A DNA stretch of 63,284 nt, counting the filler, from Octopus bimaculoides (Eukaryota): assembly GCF_001194135.2 (NCBI RefSeq). It is 6 parts of 6 records of this genome, joined end to end, with 100 filler letters (N's around TTAATTAATTAA, not from the genome) between each part and the next. Parts side by side here need not be neighbours in the genome. Positions count along the whole stretch, not along the records: positions 1 to 21,481 come from NC_068992.1; 5 more parts are not named here. The stretch is one strand, 5' to 3'. Numbering within the stretch: position 1 is the first letter of the stretch; each line of letters opens with the position of its first letter. Shown in pieces: positions 1 through 12,914 of this stretch. The translations under genes and the position numbers were made by a program. A model generated the notes under the pieces. It made no database searches. It was not told the origin of the DNA and worked only from the letters and a program-made list of their open reading frames with translations.

Positions 1-699
1 CTTATAAAAACACGTTAGTGACTAATTCTCAACTGTTTCTCGATTTCATTCGAGCTGGGCGTCATCAGATTCAACCTTTTCGAAATCATTTATAGGTAAT
101 TCCTTCGGAAAGTATTATTATCATTAGGGCTGTTGCTGCTGTTGTCCTTGTTACTATTATTGTCAAAATTGTTATTGTTATTGTTGTTGTTATTAGTGTC
201 ATTATTATTGTTAATGTTAGTGTTGCTGTTATTAACTCAATATTCCAAATGTGAGTACTAATGCAGCTACAACAAATGCCTTGTTTATTTCGAAACGGGA
301 AGCTCCTCAGCCATGTTTCAAAAAGACAGCTGTAATGCGTTTTTGGTCACTCTTTTCTTAGATCCATAACCTTTCTATGGTACATTTCCATCAATACCAA
401 CGTATTTGTATCACTCATTACTTGCGTTCAAGGAAAATATATATAGAGAGAGAGAGACCGCTGAAGTGAAAGTTGTCGGTCCGGTAAACAGTTTTCTCAC
501 GTTCATCTATCAAGTATGTACGTTTCTTTTGGCCAAATTCCATTTCAGTATCAGATGAAAAATGTAATTAGACCCAGCTGTTTCTTAACATTCTGGATAT
601 TTCCACTGTACATCTTCCGGTCCTCGACAAGGCATTTGTGATGCTACACGTATATATGTATGTTCTCTTCTATTCTTAATTATTTAAAGACTTCCTGTA

Positions 700-985
700 A
701 GGAAAGAGCTGGTCTGTAACAAAGATACAAAGCTCCATCGTTGGAAAGGAGATAACAAATATAATATCACGTTTTAAACTTGAGAAAAGTCTTGTATATT
801 TTTACTGTTCCGCGCAAAAATAGTATTTGTTAATGAGTTGATGTCTTTTACTGAAAACCCCAGCTTATCTAGATTGTCACTTCGACATTTTCAATCAAAA
901 CTAACGGCATCAATTATTATTGGTAGAAATGTGAATGTATAATCTACGTATGGAAACTAAAGATCTCGAAGTAGTCGTCGTTGAT
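700..985 (-). mobile_element. RLE-type non-LTR retrotransposon, degenerate 3' end
   Basis: Minus-strand translation ..LLRDL*FPYVDYTFTFLPIIIDAVSFD*KCRSDNLDKLGFS.. aligns by eye with the copy at 1500-1892; homologous 3' UTR follows. Confidence 0.6.
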
Positions 986-1004
986 TTTCGGTGAGAGTGT
1001 CTTT

Positions 1005-1385
1005 GTTCTTTACTTGTATCAGTCATTGGACAGCGGCCATGCAGGGGCATCGCCTTGAGGAACTTTTAGTCGAAAGAATTACCCCGCAGTACCTTTTCAA
1101 GCCTGATATTTATTCTATCGGTCTCTTTCGTCGAACTGCTAAGTTACGGAGACGGAAATATACCAATACCGGTTGTCAAACGGGTGTGAGGAGAAAACAC
1201 TGTCACAAGAACAGGTATATATATATCTACGGCGGGCTTCTTTTAGTTATTGTCAACCAAATCCACTCACAACGCATTGGTGGGCCCGAGACAGCAGAAG
1301 AATTTGCCCAAGATGCCATGCAGTGGGACTGAACTTGGAACCATATGGTTGGGACGTAAGTTTCTTATTACGCAGCCTGTGTGTA
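1005..1385 (-). mobile_element. tRNA-derived SINE with CORE-like domain (Octopus OR/OK-type), near full length
   Basis: Same sequence as 54000-54545; tRNA-like head (reverse complement of GGACTGAACTTGGAACCATATGGTTGG) and a short internal (TA)n at ~1216-1228. Confidence 0.8.
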
Positions 1386-1499
1386 CATTTTCCGGTTTTA
1401 TTCTTCAAATTACTCACCAACAGAGAAAAAAAAAACCCTGCTTCAAAATCAAGACTCTTTCGTTGGAATTTAGACTGCAACAAGCAAGCAATTCATATA

Positions 1500-1892
1500 A
1501 TTTATGTATGTACATATTTATGAATGCATGTCTTTTATTTTTTAAGTATTATAAACCTTCCACTGAGTGGGGAGCCAGTTTCCAACAAAGATACAGGACT
1601 GCATCTTTGGGATGTAGTTAACACAGACAAATTCATATTTGGAACCTGAGAAAAGTCTTGCGTACTTTCATGGTTCCACTCACAGATTGCACTTGTACGA
1701 ATTAGCCGGTCGGTTTCTTTCTGAAAATCCCAGTTTATCCAGATTCTCTTTGAAGCATTTACTAACAAAACCTAGTGCTTCAATTATTAATGATAAGAAT
1801 ATGAATTCATAGTCTGGATATAGAAGCTGGAGGTTTCGAAGCAGTTGTCCATAGATATCCTCTTTTTCTTTCATTTTCAAAGAGATATGCAT
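1500..1892 (-). mobile_element. RLE-type non-LTR retrotransposon, 5'-truncated 3' end
   Basis: ORF 1680-1892 KEKEDIYGQLLRNLQLLYPDYEFIFLSLIIEALGFVSKCFKENLDKLGFS fits the C-terminal RLE pattern (KE..Y..L....P(I/V)IIGALG); followed by a 3' UTR, AATAAA and CATA-like repeats. Confidence 0.7.
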
Positions 1893-1921
1893 GTATGTTT
1901 GTATGGATGTATGTACGTATG

Positions 1922-2086
1922 TGTTGTGTCGACGCCCCCAGGCGAAGAAGTAGGATCTTCCAAGACATATAAATAGAGGTAGTCTGGCCCTGGTAGGAGT
2001 GTTGAGTAGCAGTCGAGTAGCAGTTGTGTAGCGGTTGAGTAGAGATCATCCGAAGGTGCTAGATAGCAGTAGCTTGAGACATAACA
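1922..2086 (+). mobile_element. Putative solo LTR
   Basis: Termini TGTTGTGTC...GACATAACA are 8/9 inverted complements (TG...CA); internal TATA-like ATATAAATAG; TSD unclear (GTATG/ATATA). Confidence 0.4.
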
Positions 2087-2109
2087 ATATATATGTTTGT
2101 ATGTATGTA

Positions 2110-2213
2110 TGCCTCGATATACGAGTTAATTCGTTCCTGGAGAACGCTCGTAAAGCGAAATCTCGTAAACAAAAAATAAAACTCGTAAAGCCATGATCTC
2201 GTAAAGTGAGGTA
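2110..2213. mobile_element. Tc1/mariner-pogo-like MITE remnant
   Basis: Imperfect TIRs CCTCGATATACGAG / CTCGTAAAGTGAGG with internal CTCGTAAA repeats. Confidence 0.4.
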
Positions 2214-2906
2214 TGTATGTGTTTATATGTGTTATTCTTTAAGAGTCTTTTAATATTTTCTTTTCCTGTGCAGAGTCCAAACCGGTCATTAACCAAGTGG
2301 CAATCTTCTTTCATTTCAATAATAATAGTTCTCGAGGTTTATGTGTATTTAAATTGGATGGTGTGTGCATATGTGCATGTGTGCGTGTGTGTGTGTGTAT
2401 GCGTGTTTGTATATGAGTGTATGCGTGTGTGTAAATGTGTGTGAGTGTGTATGTGTGTATTTGTGTGTGTTTGTGTGTGTGTGCGTGAACGTGTGTGTCA
2501 GTGAGTGTAGATACACACGCATTCATGCAGTGGTTGCACACATCACTTTAGAAACACTACCTCCATCATAACCACCATCATCGTCATCATCATTACCACC
2601 ATCATCATCACCATCACCACCATCATCATCATGTCAATCACTTTTATCTGCACAATCATTAACAGAAACAACAAGAGACCCCCAACATAAAAAAAACCCC
2701 CAGAAAGACGCAAACCAAGAGCAACACTAACAACAAAATTAACGATACCAACACCTCCTCCTACACCCCCTACCACCACCACCACCAACAATGACGACGA
2801 CAATAATAACAACAACACCACCAACAACAACAACTATAAGAATCAGACCAAGAACCACCACGAGATTGAGATTAATTTCAGTAAGGCATAAAAATTAAAG
2901 TTTAAT

Positions 2907-2945
<39 letters not shown>

Positions 2946-3390
2946 TTAACCGAAACCCCTTAAAAAAAAAAAAGAAGCTCACAGATGGGATTCACCACCT
3001 AGAACACACAAGGCAATAACCCACCACTTCACTTGCGTCTACCCCACTACTGTTAGAATCAGAAAATGTGNNNNNNNNNNNNNNNNNNNNNNNNNNNNNN
3101 NNNNNNNNNNNNNNNNNNNNNNNNNNNNNNNNNNNNNNNNNNNNNNNNNNNNNNNNNNNNNNNNNNNNNNNNNNNNNNNNNNNNNNNNNNNNNNNNNNNN
3201 NNNNNNNNNNNNNNNNNNNNNNNNNNNNNNNNNNNNNNNNNNNNNNNNNNNNNNNNNNNNNNNNNNNNNNNNNNNNNNNNNNNNNNNNNNNNNNNNNNNN
3301 NNNNNNNNNNNNNNNNNNNNNNNNNNNNNNNNNNNNNNNNNNNNNNNNNNNNNNNNNNNNNNNNNNNNNNNNNNNNNNNNNNNNNNNNNN

Positions 3391-3424
<34 letters not shown>

Positions 3425-3581
3425 GTGTGTTTGTATTTTTGTGCGTTTATTTGTTTGTTCACTCTAACACACGCGCGCACACACACATACATACATATAT
3501 ACATACACTCATTTATTTGTATACATGTATACATATAGGTATTATATATATATATATATATATGAATATATGTATATATAG

Positions 3582-3631
<50 letters not shown>

Positions 3632-3678
3632 NNNNNNNNNNTATATATATATATATATATGAATATATGTATATATAG

Positions 3679-3723
<45 letters not shown>

Positions 3724-5149
3724 ATTTACATATATGGGTGTATGTGTATACATACATGCAAATGTGTGTATTAAATGTCTGTGCATATATATATATATAT
3801 ATATACGTATGTATACACACGCACACACACACACACATATATATACACATATATATATATATATACTCATGTATATGTGTGTATGTATATGTATATATAA
3901 ATGCATATATATACATACACGTACACACATACAAACTCCTACTTAAGTTTTGGCTTCGCTTGATTAATGCAAAAAGTAATAAAACCATCCTAGTTTCAAT
4001 AAAACGGTACATCCACCCTTTTCCTCACCCGGCATACAGATTAAAACTGGACGAAACTGGTTTTATTGCTATTATTGTTGTTGCTGTAACTGTTGTTGTT
4101 TTCGTTATTGTTGTTGTTGTTGTTGTTGTTGTTCTTATTGTTTTTGTAGTTGGTTTTTACGTGGTGATTACTTTGTGTGTTTAATTTGGTTTTTTTTTGT
4201 GTGTTTTTTATTCTTTCGTTACCTCCCTCCTAATCAACATAACGTTAACGATGAAGAGCACTTCAAGAGGAATCTATACCGTTGTACACACACACAACCA
4301 CCGTCACCGGCACCAGCAACATCACCGCCGCCGTCCTCGATGATAACAATATCATCGATGAGTCAAGAAACAGAGGGCCTGTGTATATATGGAGGCTTGA
4401 CTTGCTAGAAATACAGCTGAATAACTTCAAAGTGACAACTTTCAATTTGGAAAAATTGGAAAGATTCGTTATTTCAGAGATACACAGTATCTGAAATAAA
4501 GATGGGATGTTCAAGGCTGGAACGCTTTGGTCATAGGTCTACTCTGACACGCTTGATAACAAATATAGGAGCACCAAGAGCGGTCACTACAACAAAATTA
4601 TCGACACCGTCACCAATATCAGAACACTACATCCTTCTCAACAACTGTCCTCATCATTATCATTTTTCTTTGACGCGGTTCCACATTCAATCCCAACCAG
4701 GCGAGATTCTCAATACATCTAATCCTGGAGCTTCATTCGGTCGTACTATTCATATTTTCGATCGCTGAATACAAAAAACTTGGCTCGCGTGACCTCCGTA
4801 ATTTTCCTGAGTCACCATCTCACCCTTGTAACCTCATTTCATTTCGTTGATCAATCCGTTGTCCTGGGTGACATGATACCAGTAGCAGACACAACCACCG
4901 CCAGCACGGCGAATACACCACTAAATTTTCTATTATGTCTACCGTTATCAATCACAGGGATTCTTTAAGTAATCGATCGACCTTTAAAAGATAGCAGTTG
5001 AATTTCCCACAAATTGTTCCATACAGTCATGTGTAAGTGCTACTCTGTTGATAGAGACACCTGTGGAAATTGGCGATAGATACGTTCCACAAGCCCACAT
5101 ACCAGCTTCACGATTAGAAAAATTGTATATGTTGGAAGGCGGATTCATT

Positions 5150-5400
5150 TTCAATCACTTTGAAACCTATATTGTAGAGACGACTCGGAGTATTAGTGAA
5201 AGACTCAAGAAGTATTGGAAAGAGTACGCTGAAAAGAAACCTTGTCCTTAAACTTATCAGCATACATTAAATAAGCGCAATGGTTCGAGACAAAAGTGAC
5301 TCAGTGTAGACATTATAACTACATGCCTCAATGAAAGTAACTGAATCATTTTGTATAAAGGAACACGAGTCTAATCTCAAATGGACGTTCGAATGGCGTA
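5150..5400 (+). mobile_element. Penelope-like element GIY-YIG fragment (degenerate)
   Basis: YIVETTRSISERLKKY resembles YIGETxRxLxxRxxEH; downstream frame KVTESFCIKEHESNL resembles the C-terminal ExxxI....LN motif. Confidence 0.5.
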
Positions 5401-6759
5401 ACACAAATTCGCCACGCACTAGAAGTGCGTATTTTTTCTCACTATACTCCACTTATATTAGTTTCATACACAAAAACACTTGTGTGCGTATGTATATACA
5501 CCCGCTTACATGTGCGTGATTATAGACACACTCACACACATCTATTTATATATACTTGTTTATTTATGTATACATGTGTGGTTGTATATACATGTGAAGC
5601 TATACACAAAGTGTGAGTTTACGCAAATAAAAACAACGTTATAGTGATTTTACTGATACCATCTCGATATTACTATTCGACATTTTTTCTACTCCACTCG
5701 ACCAAACTAAAATTTAATCTACATAGCAAAAGTTTAGTTGCTGTAGATTTATATCACAAGAAGAATGCATCCAAAATAGCATATCTTTTTACATAATGGT
5801 CGGGATTTGCATAAATTGAAGAAGAGAAGAAAATAAAGAAGAAAAATTGGTAGCAGGAAAAAGAGATGGAATGGTGATAATGATACGAACAAATGAAATA
5901 AATTGTAACTTCACAAAAGAATACAACACAGAAGTGACTAACGGCAATTGATGCCAAGAGTTTAAAGATAATTAAGGTGCCTACAACAGAAGCGAATGTC
6001 CGTATGTTCAACAAGAAAAAAAGGAAAACAAGCCCGTGGTCTACAAGAACATACCATTCACTATGTTTCAAACAGTTACAGTGGAACTGTGACTGTGAAC
6101 AGGTCGCAGGGTTGCGATTAAAATTCAGACGCATCAAGAAATAAATCGATTGTAAATTCAACGGATTTTGTGTACGTTTAAATGACCAAAATAGATGTTC
6201 CACAATTTAATTGCTTCAATTTTAATACAACATCATCATCATATTATTATTATTATTATTATTATTATTAGTAGTAGTAGTAGTAGTAGCAGTAGTAGTA
6301 GCACTAGAAGTGGTAATGGCAATATGTGAAAGTGCAAGTTTCATGTTATAAAAATAATTGTAATTATAGAAATATTCATTAAGGACTTTCATCGTAATCG
6401 TAATTAATCGTAATATTATTTATATTAGTAATTATCATATTCATAGTAGTGCTAATGATGGCAATGTTGATGCTGATCACAATGATGAGAAAGTTATAAA
6501 TTTTCTTTTTCTACCACAAATTTGGATGAGTGGGGATTTTATGGAAGATAGCGTGCGCATCGAAGGCAAAGTCAAACGTACGGAAACGGATTTTACAAAG
6601 GGTTACTAAATAATAATGATGATGATGAAATTAATAATATTATTAGAATTCTTTGCAAGGTCCTAGAAGCATGACCAGTAAACAAGTTCCACCCTAGTCT
6701 GCCGGCTGTGAACAGCTGAAACTTTCTCTCATACCCAGTAAAATATGCTGTGAGTTTTC

Positions 6760-6805
<46 letters not shown>

Positions 6806-6806
<1 letters not shown>

Positions 6807-7131
6807 TGCCCTAGGAGTGATAGCAAAAGGGCTTGATTGCTACCTAGCTCAGATACCAGGAAACCCCTAAAATGGCAGAATTTCAAAAAATAGTGCTCAT
6901 GGGAACTGCCCATATCCTACGTAAAATACTGTCTATGTAATCTCAAATTTTAAAACAAACACATAATTTTCTGATGGTTTCTTAAACATTCTCTAGAACA
7001 ATATTATGTACAAAACCAAATGTATGGCACCCAAGGCAAAATACCAACATGAACTTCTAACTTGTTGTCTCTTGAGGTCTCTGGATGAGACTTGGAACCA
7101 ACTTGCACAAATACAAAGCAAAAGTCAAAAT

Positions 7132-7134
<3 letters not shown>
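6806..7134 (+). mobile_element. R4/Dong-like RLE LINE, 5'-truncated 3' end within (TAA)n
   Basis: ALGVIAKGLDCYLAQIPGNP(frameshift)KMAEFQKIVLMGTAHILRKILSM* is a typical R4-clade C-terminus; (TAA)n on both sides. Confidence 0.75.
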
Positions 7135-7175
<41 letters not shown>

Positions 7176-7235
7176 CCTTTCTATTATAGGCACAAGGCCT
7201 GAAATTTCTGAGGAGCGGGTAAGTAAACCTTATTA

Positions 7236-7590
7236 GTGTCAGTTAGGGATGAAGGAGAATTGGAAGCAGAGAAAAAGGGAGAAACAAAACAAGGAGTACA
7301 CAAAGGATATGAAGAAGAATTACGCGACAAGAGACTATGCAATCAATTTCATGTAACCACAAAAGAAGTTGCTGGAAAAAATAAGTGGAACTGGATGAAG
7401 GAAAGAGCACTGAAGAAAGAGACTAAGAGCACCATACTGGCAGCACAAGACCAAACTTTGGTGAGAAATTGGAGGGTAAACTTTAGGAATGTGCATGTCT
7501 CTACACTCTGTTGCATTTGTAGCGGAGTAGACGAAACTGTTGCCCACATCGTGTATACAATACTTAAAGAGTCGGAATAAATAACACAAG
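7236..7590 (+). mobile_element. R4/Dong-like LINE fragment (post-RT region and zinc knuckle)
   Basis: KRLCNQF...KWNWMKERALKKETKSTILAAQDQTL...LCCICSGVDETVAHIV matches the LKxETE..I.AAQDQ.L...CxxC...ET..HI pattern. Confidence 0.75.
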
Positions 7591-7879
7591 GCTGCATTCC
7601 TACTCACGTAGTTCTTTCTACCTAGTGAATAATAAGAAAATGCTAATATTCACTAGAATAATAACAGGTACAGATAGAGTAACCAAAACGAAAAAAAAAA
7701 AAAATACAGAAAAAAATCTTCAAGAGGAAGAAATGAATAAATATAATGAAGAAAGGCGTTTATGATATCCACAATAGCATAAAAAAAAACAAAAAAACTA
7801 CAGCTAAAATTATGCAAATAATAATAATAATTATCACTAAGACTAACAAAAATACTTACAGTAATCCTAGGAAGATTAA

Positions 7880-7912
7880 AACACACTGACAATAATAATA
7901 ATAATAATAATG

Positions 7913-7952
<40 letters not shown>

Positions 7953-8067
7953 TAATAATAATGATAATAATAATAACAACAATAAAGATGAAAATAATAA
8001 TAATAATAATAATACTTATAATAAAAATAATAATAATGATAATAATAATAACAACAATAAAGATGAA

Positions 8068-8108
<41 letters not shown>

Positions 8109-8120
8109 TAATAATAATAT
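7880..8120. repeat. (AAT)n compound microsatellite with ~66-bp higher-order duplication
   Basis: Direct inspection; ACAACAATAAAGATGAAAATAAT occurs twice. Confidence 0.9.
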
Positions 8121-9003
8121 TTATAAACAACTGTAGCAAAAACAACAGTAAGAAGAATTTGGCAACAGTATGTGATTTCAAAGAACACAGTAGGAGAGCG
8201 TTATCGCTCCATGTGTGTTATGTTTTGAAAAAGACCATTGCTCGCTTTGTCTCATTTGTTCATAAATCTGCAGCTATATGATATTACTGACAGAATAGCA
8301 TTTATGGTGGAAAAAATCCTAGTGTTCACTGCTGAGCAAGCAAGAGAAAATGGCAGCGTTGTTATGTTAATACACCCACACGTATATACATACATGCAAA
8401 CATACATATGTACGTGCAAGCAGCATGTGCACTCGTTCATATAAATAGACGTGTGTTAGACATTTGTAATACTGGTTTGTAAGCGTGTGTTGGTTAAGTA
8501 GATTATCTCTACATTACTCAAAGGGATCGCGCAGTTGAAGTCAATCAGTCGCGCTCATCGGTGTGTCTGAAATCTTCAGGCATTGATAAATAACAAGCTT
8601 TCCAACACGAATGCAAATCTACTGCAGTTACTGTCCGGAGATAATATCTCTTCTGATCGTGCTTGTTTATAAACACAACAGAAATCGGAAGTAGACGGAA
8701 ACCGTCCAAACATTGGTTGGTGGGGAAGCCAGATGAATTTCTGCCTCATTGAACATCGTCAAGATTGTTTTTAAACACATCACGTCCATAAGAGACATTT
8801 TTCTCCAGATAAATACCGCAGCAGATTTGCTTTACGTATGTGTGTGTATACATATCCATATATGTATATACACACACGCACATATATATGCACACACACA
8901 TATATATATATATATACAGATATACATACATATTCATAATATGTACATACGTAACCATAATATACATATGTATATATATATATCCAATTTTTTTACCCTA
9001 CTG

Positions 9004-9055
<52 letters not shown>

Positions 9056-9074
9056 ACATATATATCCATAATAA

Positions 9075-9111
<37 letters not shown>

Positions 9112-9974
9112 TATATAAATATACAAACATATCCAGCGTTGATTTTATGCACAATTCTTCTGTGTTGTTTTATCTTGTGATACAGTCGAAAAGGGAACAA
9201 ACGGCCAATGTTTTATCTTTTTAGTCCTAAAGAACTTAAACACACGTAATTTTCATATTTGTTATGTCTTAACATTACTGTTTTACTTCCTAAAATTCTT
9301 TTCTAGAGGTCTTCGACACCTAACGCGTGAAAAAGATACTGTTCTCAGGTATCGAAATCGCAAAGAATACCAGCAGACAACCGATAAAGAAATTTTATTC
9401 TTTTCTTACTTATTTTCTCAACTTTCTTTGTTTTATGGTTTCGTTGTTTCTGCATAATTTCTTCGATGTATGATCACACACGTATACAGCCAATTGTTTT
9501 GAAAACTTGCTGTAGCGCTTCGTCACTTCTTACACCCTTATATTTCTCTCCTTTCCATATGTACTTTTCTTCTCTCACTGATTTTTACCTCTGTACTCTA
9601 CACACTTCACCTAGGCTTATCTCCTCAATTGTTCTCTTCTCTTTCCCTTCCCATTCCTTGTTCCTATCTTTCCCTCGCCCTCATTTTACCTCATAACTCC
9701 GTTCCTTTCACTTCCCAGAATGCAATTCATTTTCTTCATTTCCCATTTCTTCACCTCCTTTTTTTTTGTTCTTTCTGCAATGGTCATTCTTCCTAAACAT
9801 ATGAACATATATCACACCTCAATCTCTCTCCCCTGTTCGTTCAAAATTTATTGTCCGAACAAAGAATTTTGTAGATTGCTTCTTTCTTTGTTTTTTTTTT
9901 TTTTTGCTTTTCTTTTACCCAACGTTGCTTTCATTGTCATTTTCCATGTTCTCTTTGACTTCATTCTACTCTTT

Positions 9975-10140
9975 TACTGTTTTACAGATTCGTAATGCCG
10001 TGTAGCAGTAATTTTCTAATTAGTCCGGTTCTTTCTGGTTTTGTGAAGCTCAGCATCTCAAGATTAGTAAAGAGGTTGTTAATTGCGCAATCAAGTCCAC
10101 GATAATTATAAATTACAAATCCAAACGCTATATATTCGAT
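9975..10140 (-). mobile_element. RLE LINE 3' fragment (degenerate)
   Basis: ..LDCAINNLFTNLEMLSFTKPERTGLIRKLLL.. is homologous to ..LAKLGVSKPERRKLIRRLL.. at ~27170-27225. Confidence 0.5.
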
Positions 10141-10339
10141 ATATATATTTCCTTTTTCTCTACTAATCTTTAACATAATATTAATACCTGCTGAGCAACT
10201 GATTTCCGCTGCTGTACACGATTTCTTTCCTCTGCCCTATTTTATACTGACTGATGTGTCATGCTTGCATTTTAGAGAAGTCTATATATGAGGTCTTTGA
10301 GTGATGATTGCCCCCGCACCACCGTAACTTATACTTTTA

Positions 10340-10505
10340 GGAAAGATAGCTTTCAGTATTATGATTTCTACAGATTATACTTTCATCCTTAGGATTATCC
10401 TTCCAACAGATTGCATTGTATAATATTCTTGTCACGATATCACGACTCATAAGTAGATAATACGGTGATGATCTTTTTGGACAGTCATTTCTGATGTTGA
10501 TCCTC
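10340..10505 (-). mobile_element. RLE LINE zinc-knuckle fragment
   Basis: NIRNDCPKRSSPYYLLMSRDIVTRILYNAICWKDNP is homologous to the knuckle-adjacent segment at ~40450-40560. Confidence 0.55.
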
Positions 10506-11053
10506 ATTTTTGATTCATACCTACACACATAAATACAAACATGTATATACACTAATAGACTACAAGGTAATTCAATACGGAGAAATATAATGCCGAGATC
10601 TACGCAGCTGAAATCGGTGAAATTATTTCATGAAGAGTTTACAGACCACAAAGAATGTTAGGTTGTTTGAGTGGTGAATATATTTATTTACCTACTTGTC
10701 ATTCTTAGGGCTACGGCCATTTTGCAGCCGTCATGATGTAGTAATAGTTTCAGCGTATAACAAATAATTTTAAATGTCTGCACTAATATAATGCTACGCA
10801 TCTTATGTTTAAAAATCAGTGCAGATAAAGAAGGCTTGCTCATCAGATCACTAGAACATAGTCATTCGTCAAAGTTTGACGAATGCTTCAACTGTGAGAG
10901 TTAAAGTATTGGTGTAATCCCAAGGATTACAAGTAGTTAAATAAATATTTACATCTCTCATATCTTCCGACTTTTTGGGTTTATATCTGTCTATTTGTCT
11001 GTCTATCTATCTATCTATCCACCGATCAATCGATTGATCAATCCATCCATCAA

Positions 11054-11097
<44 letters not shown>

Positions 11098-11443
11098 CAC
11101 GCACTCACACACACATATTCGTTTTCATATAAAGAGAAATCTCTCGATAAATAACAAGTCTGGCACATGGGAACATTAGTACTACTCTCTATCTTGGATA
11201 AGGTTACGATATGAAACTATTAGTAACCTTGTCAACCCAGAAATAATGAATATGTATCCACCAATGCAGTGTTGAGCACTCATTCTCATTGTTCCGTATT
11301 AGCGCATATACATATATATATCTATAATGTTTGCTATATATTTTATATTTATATGTACTTATAAATGAATACAGATAAAAGTAAAAAGTGAAACGAAGAC
11401 ATTTTACATTTCTAGCGTATTTATATATATGTGTGTATATATA

Positions 11444-11563
<120 letters not shown>

Positions 11564-12371
11564 ATGCGTGCTATATATTCTATATTTATATGTATATATA
11601 GATAAATAAATACATATAAAAGTAAAAAGTGAAGCGAAGACATTTTATATTTCTACGTGAACGTAATCACGCACGCCTTTTTCATATTTTTTGTGATTTG
11701 TCTGCACATATTTTCATTCAGCGTATGCTTATGCATGAGGATTTTTGCTGTTTTGTCTATGCAGTGCGTACAAGAATGTGTGTTGTTGTGTATTCGTATG
11801 AGGATGTGTAAACTTGTGCGCCTGCGTGTTTGTCTGTGTATGAAAACTCTCTCTTTTTTTTCCTGCTGGCAGATTTCCTATGTGTACAGCTGAGCGCTGA
11901 CAACAGATACAACACGTGCATATTGCACCCATGCATCCTTGCACTATACATATAACACACATTTTCACGCCAACTCATTAACGTTATTATTATTGTTGAG
12001 TTCGATTTAATCGAATGCACCTCACCTCTTCTCTTTCAATTCGTGGCTATGTGCCTAATATTAGAAGTATATGTTTTTTGTTTATATATATATTTTTTGC
12101 TTTTCATTTTATGACGCACAAAGCATGCTCATTTTGTGTGCCCTTAATAACATATTGGTACCTGTCAAATGTGATTAAAGGCATTGGACGCTTTTTACCG
12201 CTCCAGAAAATACGAAACACCGTTTCAACACATGGAATAATGATTAAACCTAAAATACGAGACATTGATTAGTAGTCAGAATTTTTTTGCATTCTATCAA
12301 AAATTTTCCTCAGCATCATCATCATTTTCATTTTAGCTGCTCTGGCAGTCTCAGCTTTCAGCCCGAAATAT

Positions 12372-12612
12372 GGAGATATATTAATAATCTAGTGCCGTGT
12401 GTCTGTGACTTTGTAGTCACAGAAATGATGAAGACATATTAACTTGGTGCTATATGTCTGTGACTACAAAATCATAGAATCATGAAGATATATTAATCAT
12501 GTGCTTTATGTCTGTCAGCACAAAATCACAGAAATGATGATAATATATCGATGTACAGCTCAATGTCTGTGGCTATAGACACAGAATCATGAAAATATAT
12601 TAATCTAGCGCT
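12372..12612. repeat. Degenerate minisatellite, ~50-55-bp unit, ~5 copies
   Basis: Recurring GATATATTAAT...ATGTCTGTGAC...CACAGAA(A)T(C/G)ATGA. Confidence 0.75.
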
Positions 12613-12914
12613 ATATGCAGTGTCATTTTAAGGTAGGTACCATAAGTAGTACAGCGTCTGGATCGAGGATGACCGTAGACTCACAAACAATTGAATTTCT
12701 TTATATTTTTATAGGAATGTAACCTAATTCTGTGGTACAGTACCTAGGGTTAAAAGCACCTAAAAGTGAGAATAGTTATGTTTTTGACTATAAAGCTTAA
12801 CACTCAAGGAATTCATACTCCTGTAACATCAAGCATTGTCAAAACTAAACGAGAAACGAAAAGGCGTCCATAATATATCAAGGGCGTGGAATTTAAGGAA
12901 CCAATGATAGGGCT

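Noticed and set aside
20-75. Minus-strand CTGATGA...GAAAC hammerhead-like motif
   Set aside because: No 10.1-11.1 pair, six extra nucleotides before stem II and no stem I.
6090-6200. TGRRVAIK resembling kinase subdomain II
   Set aside because: In-frame stops on both sides and no glycine loop or other kinase motifs.
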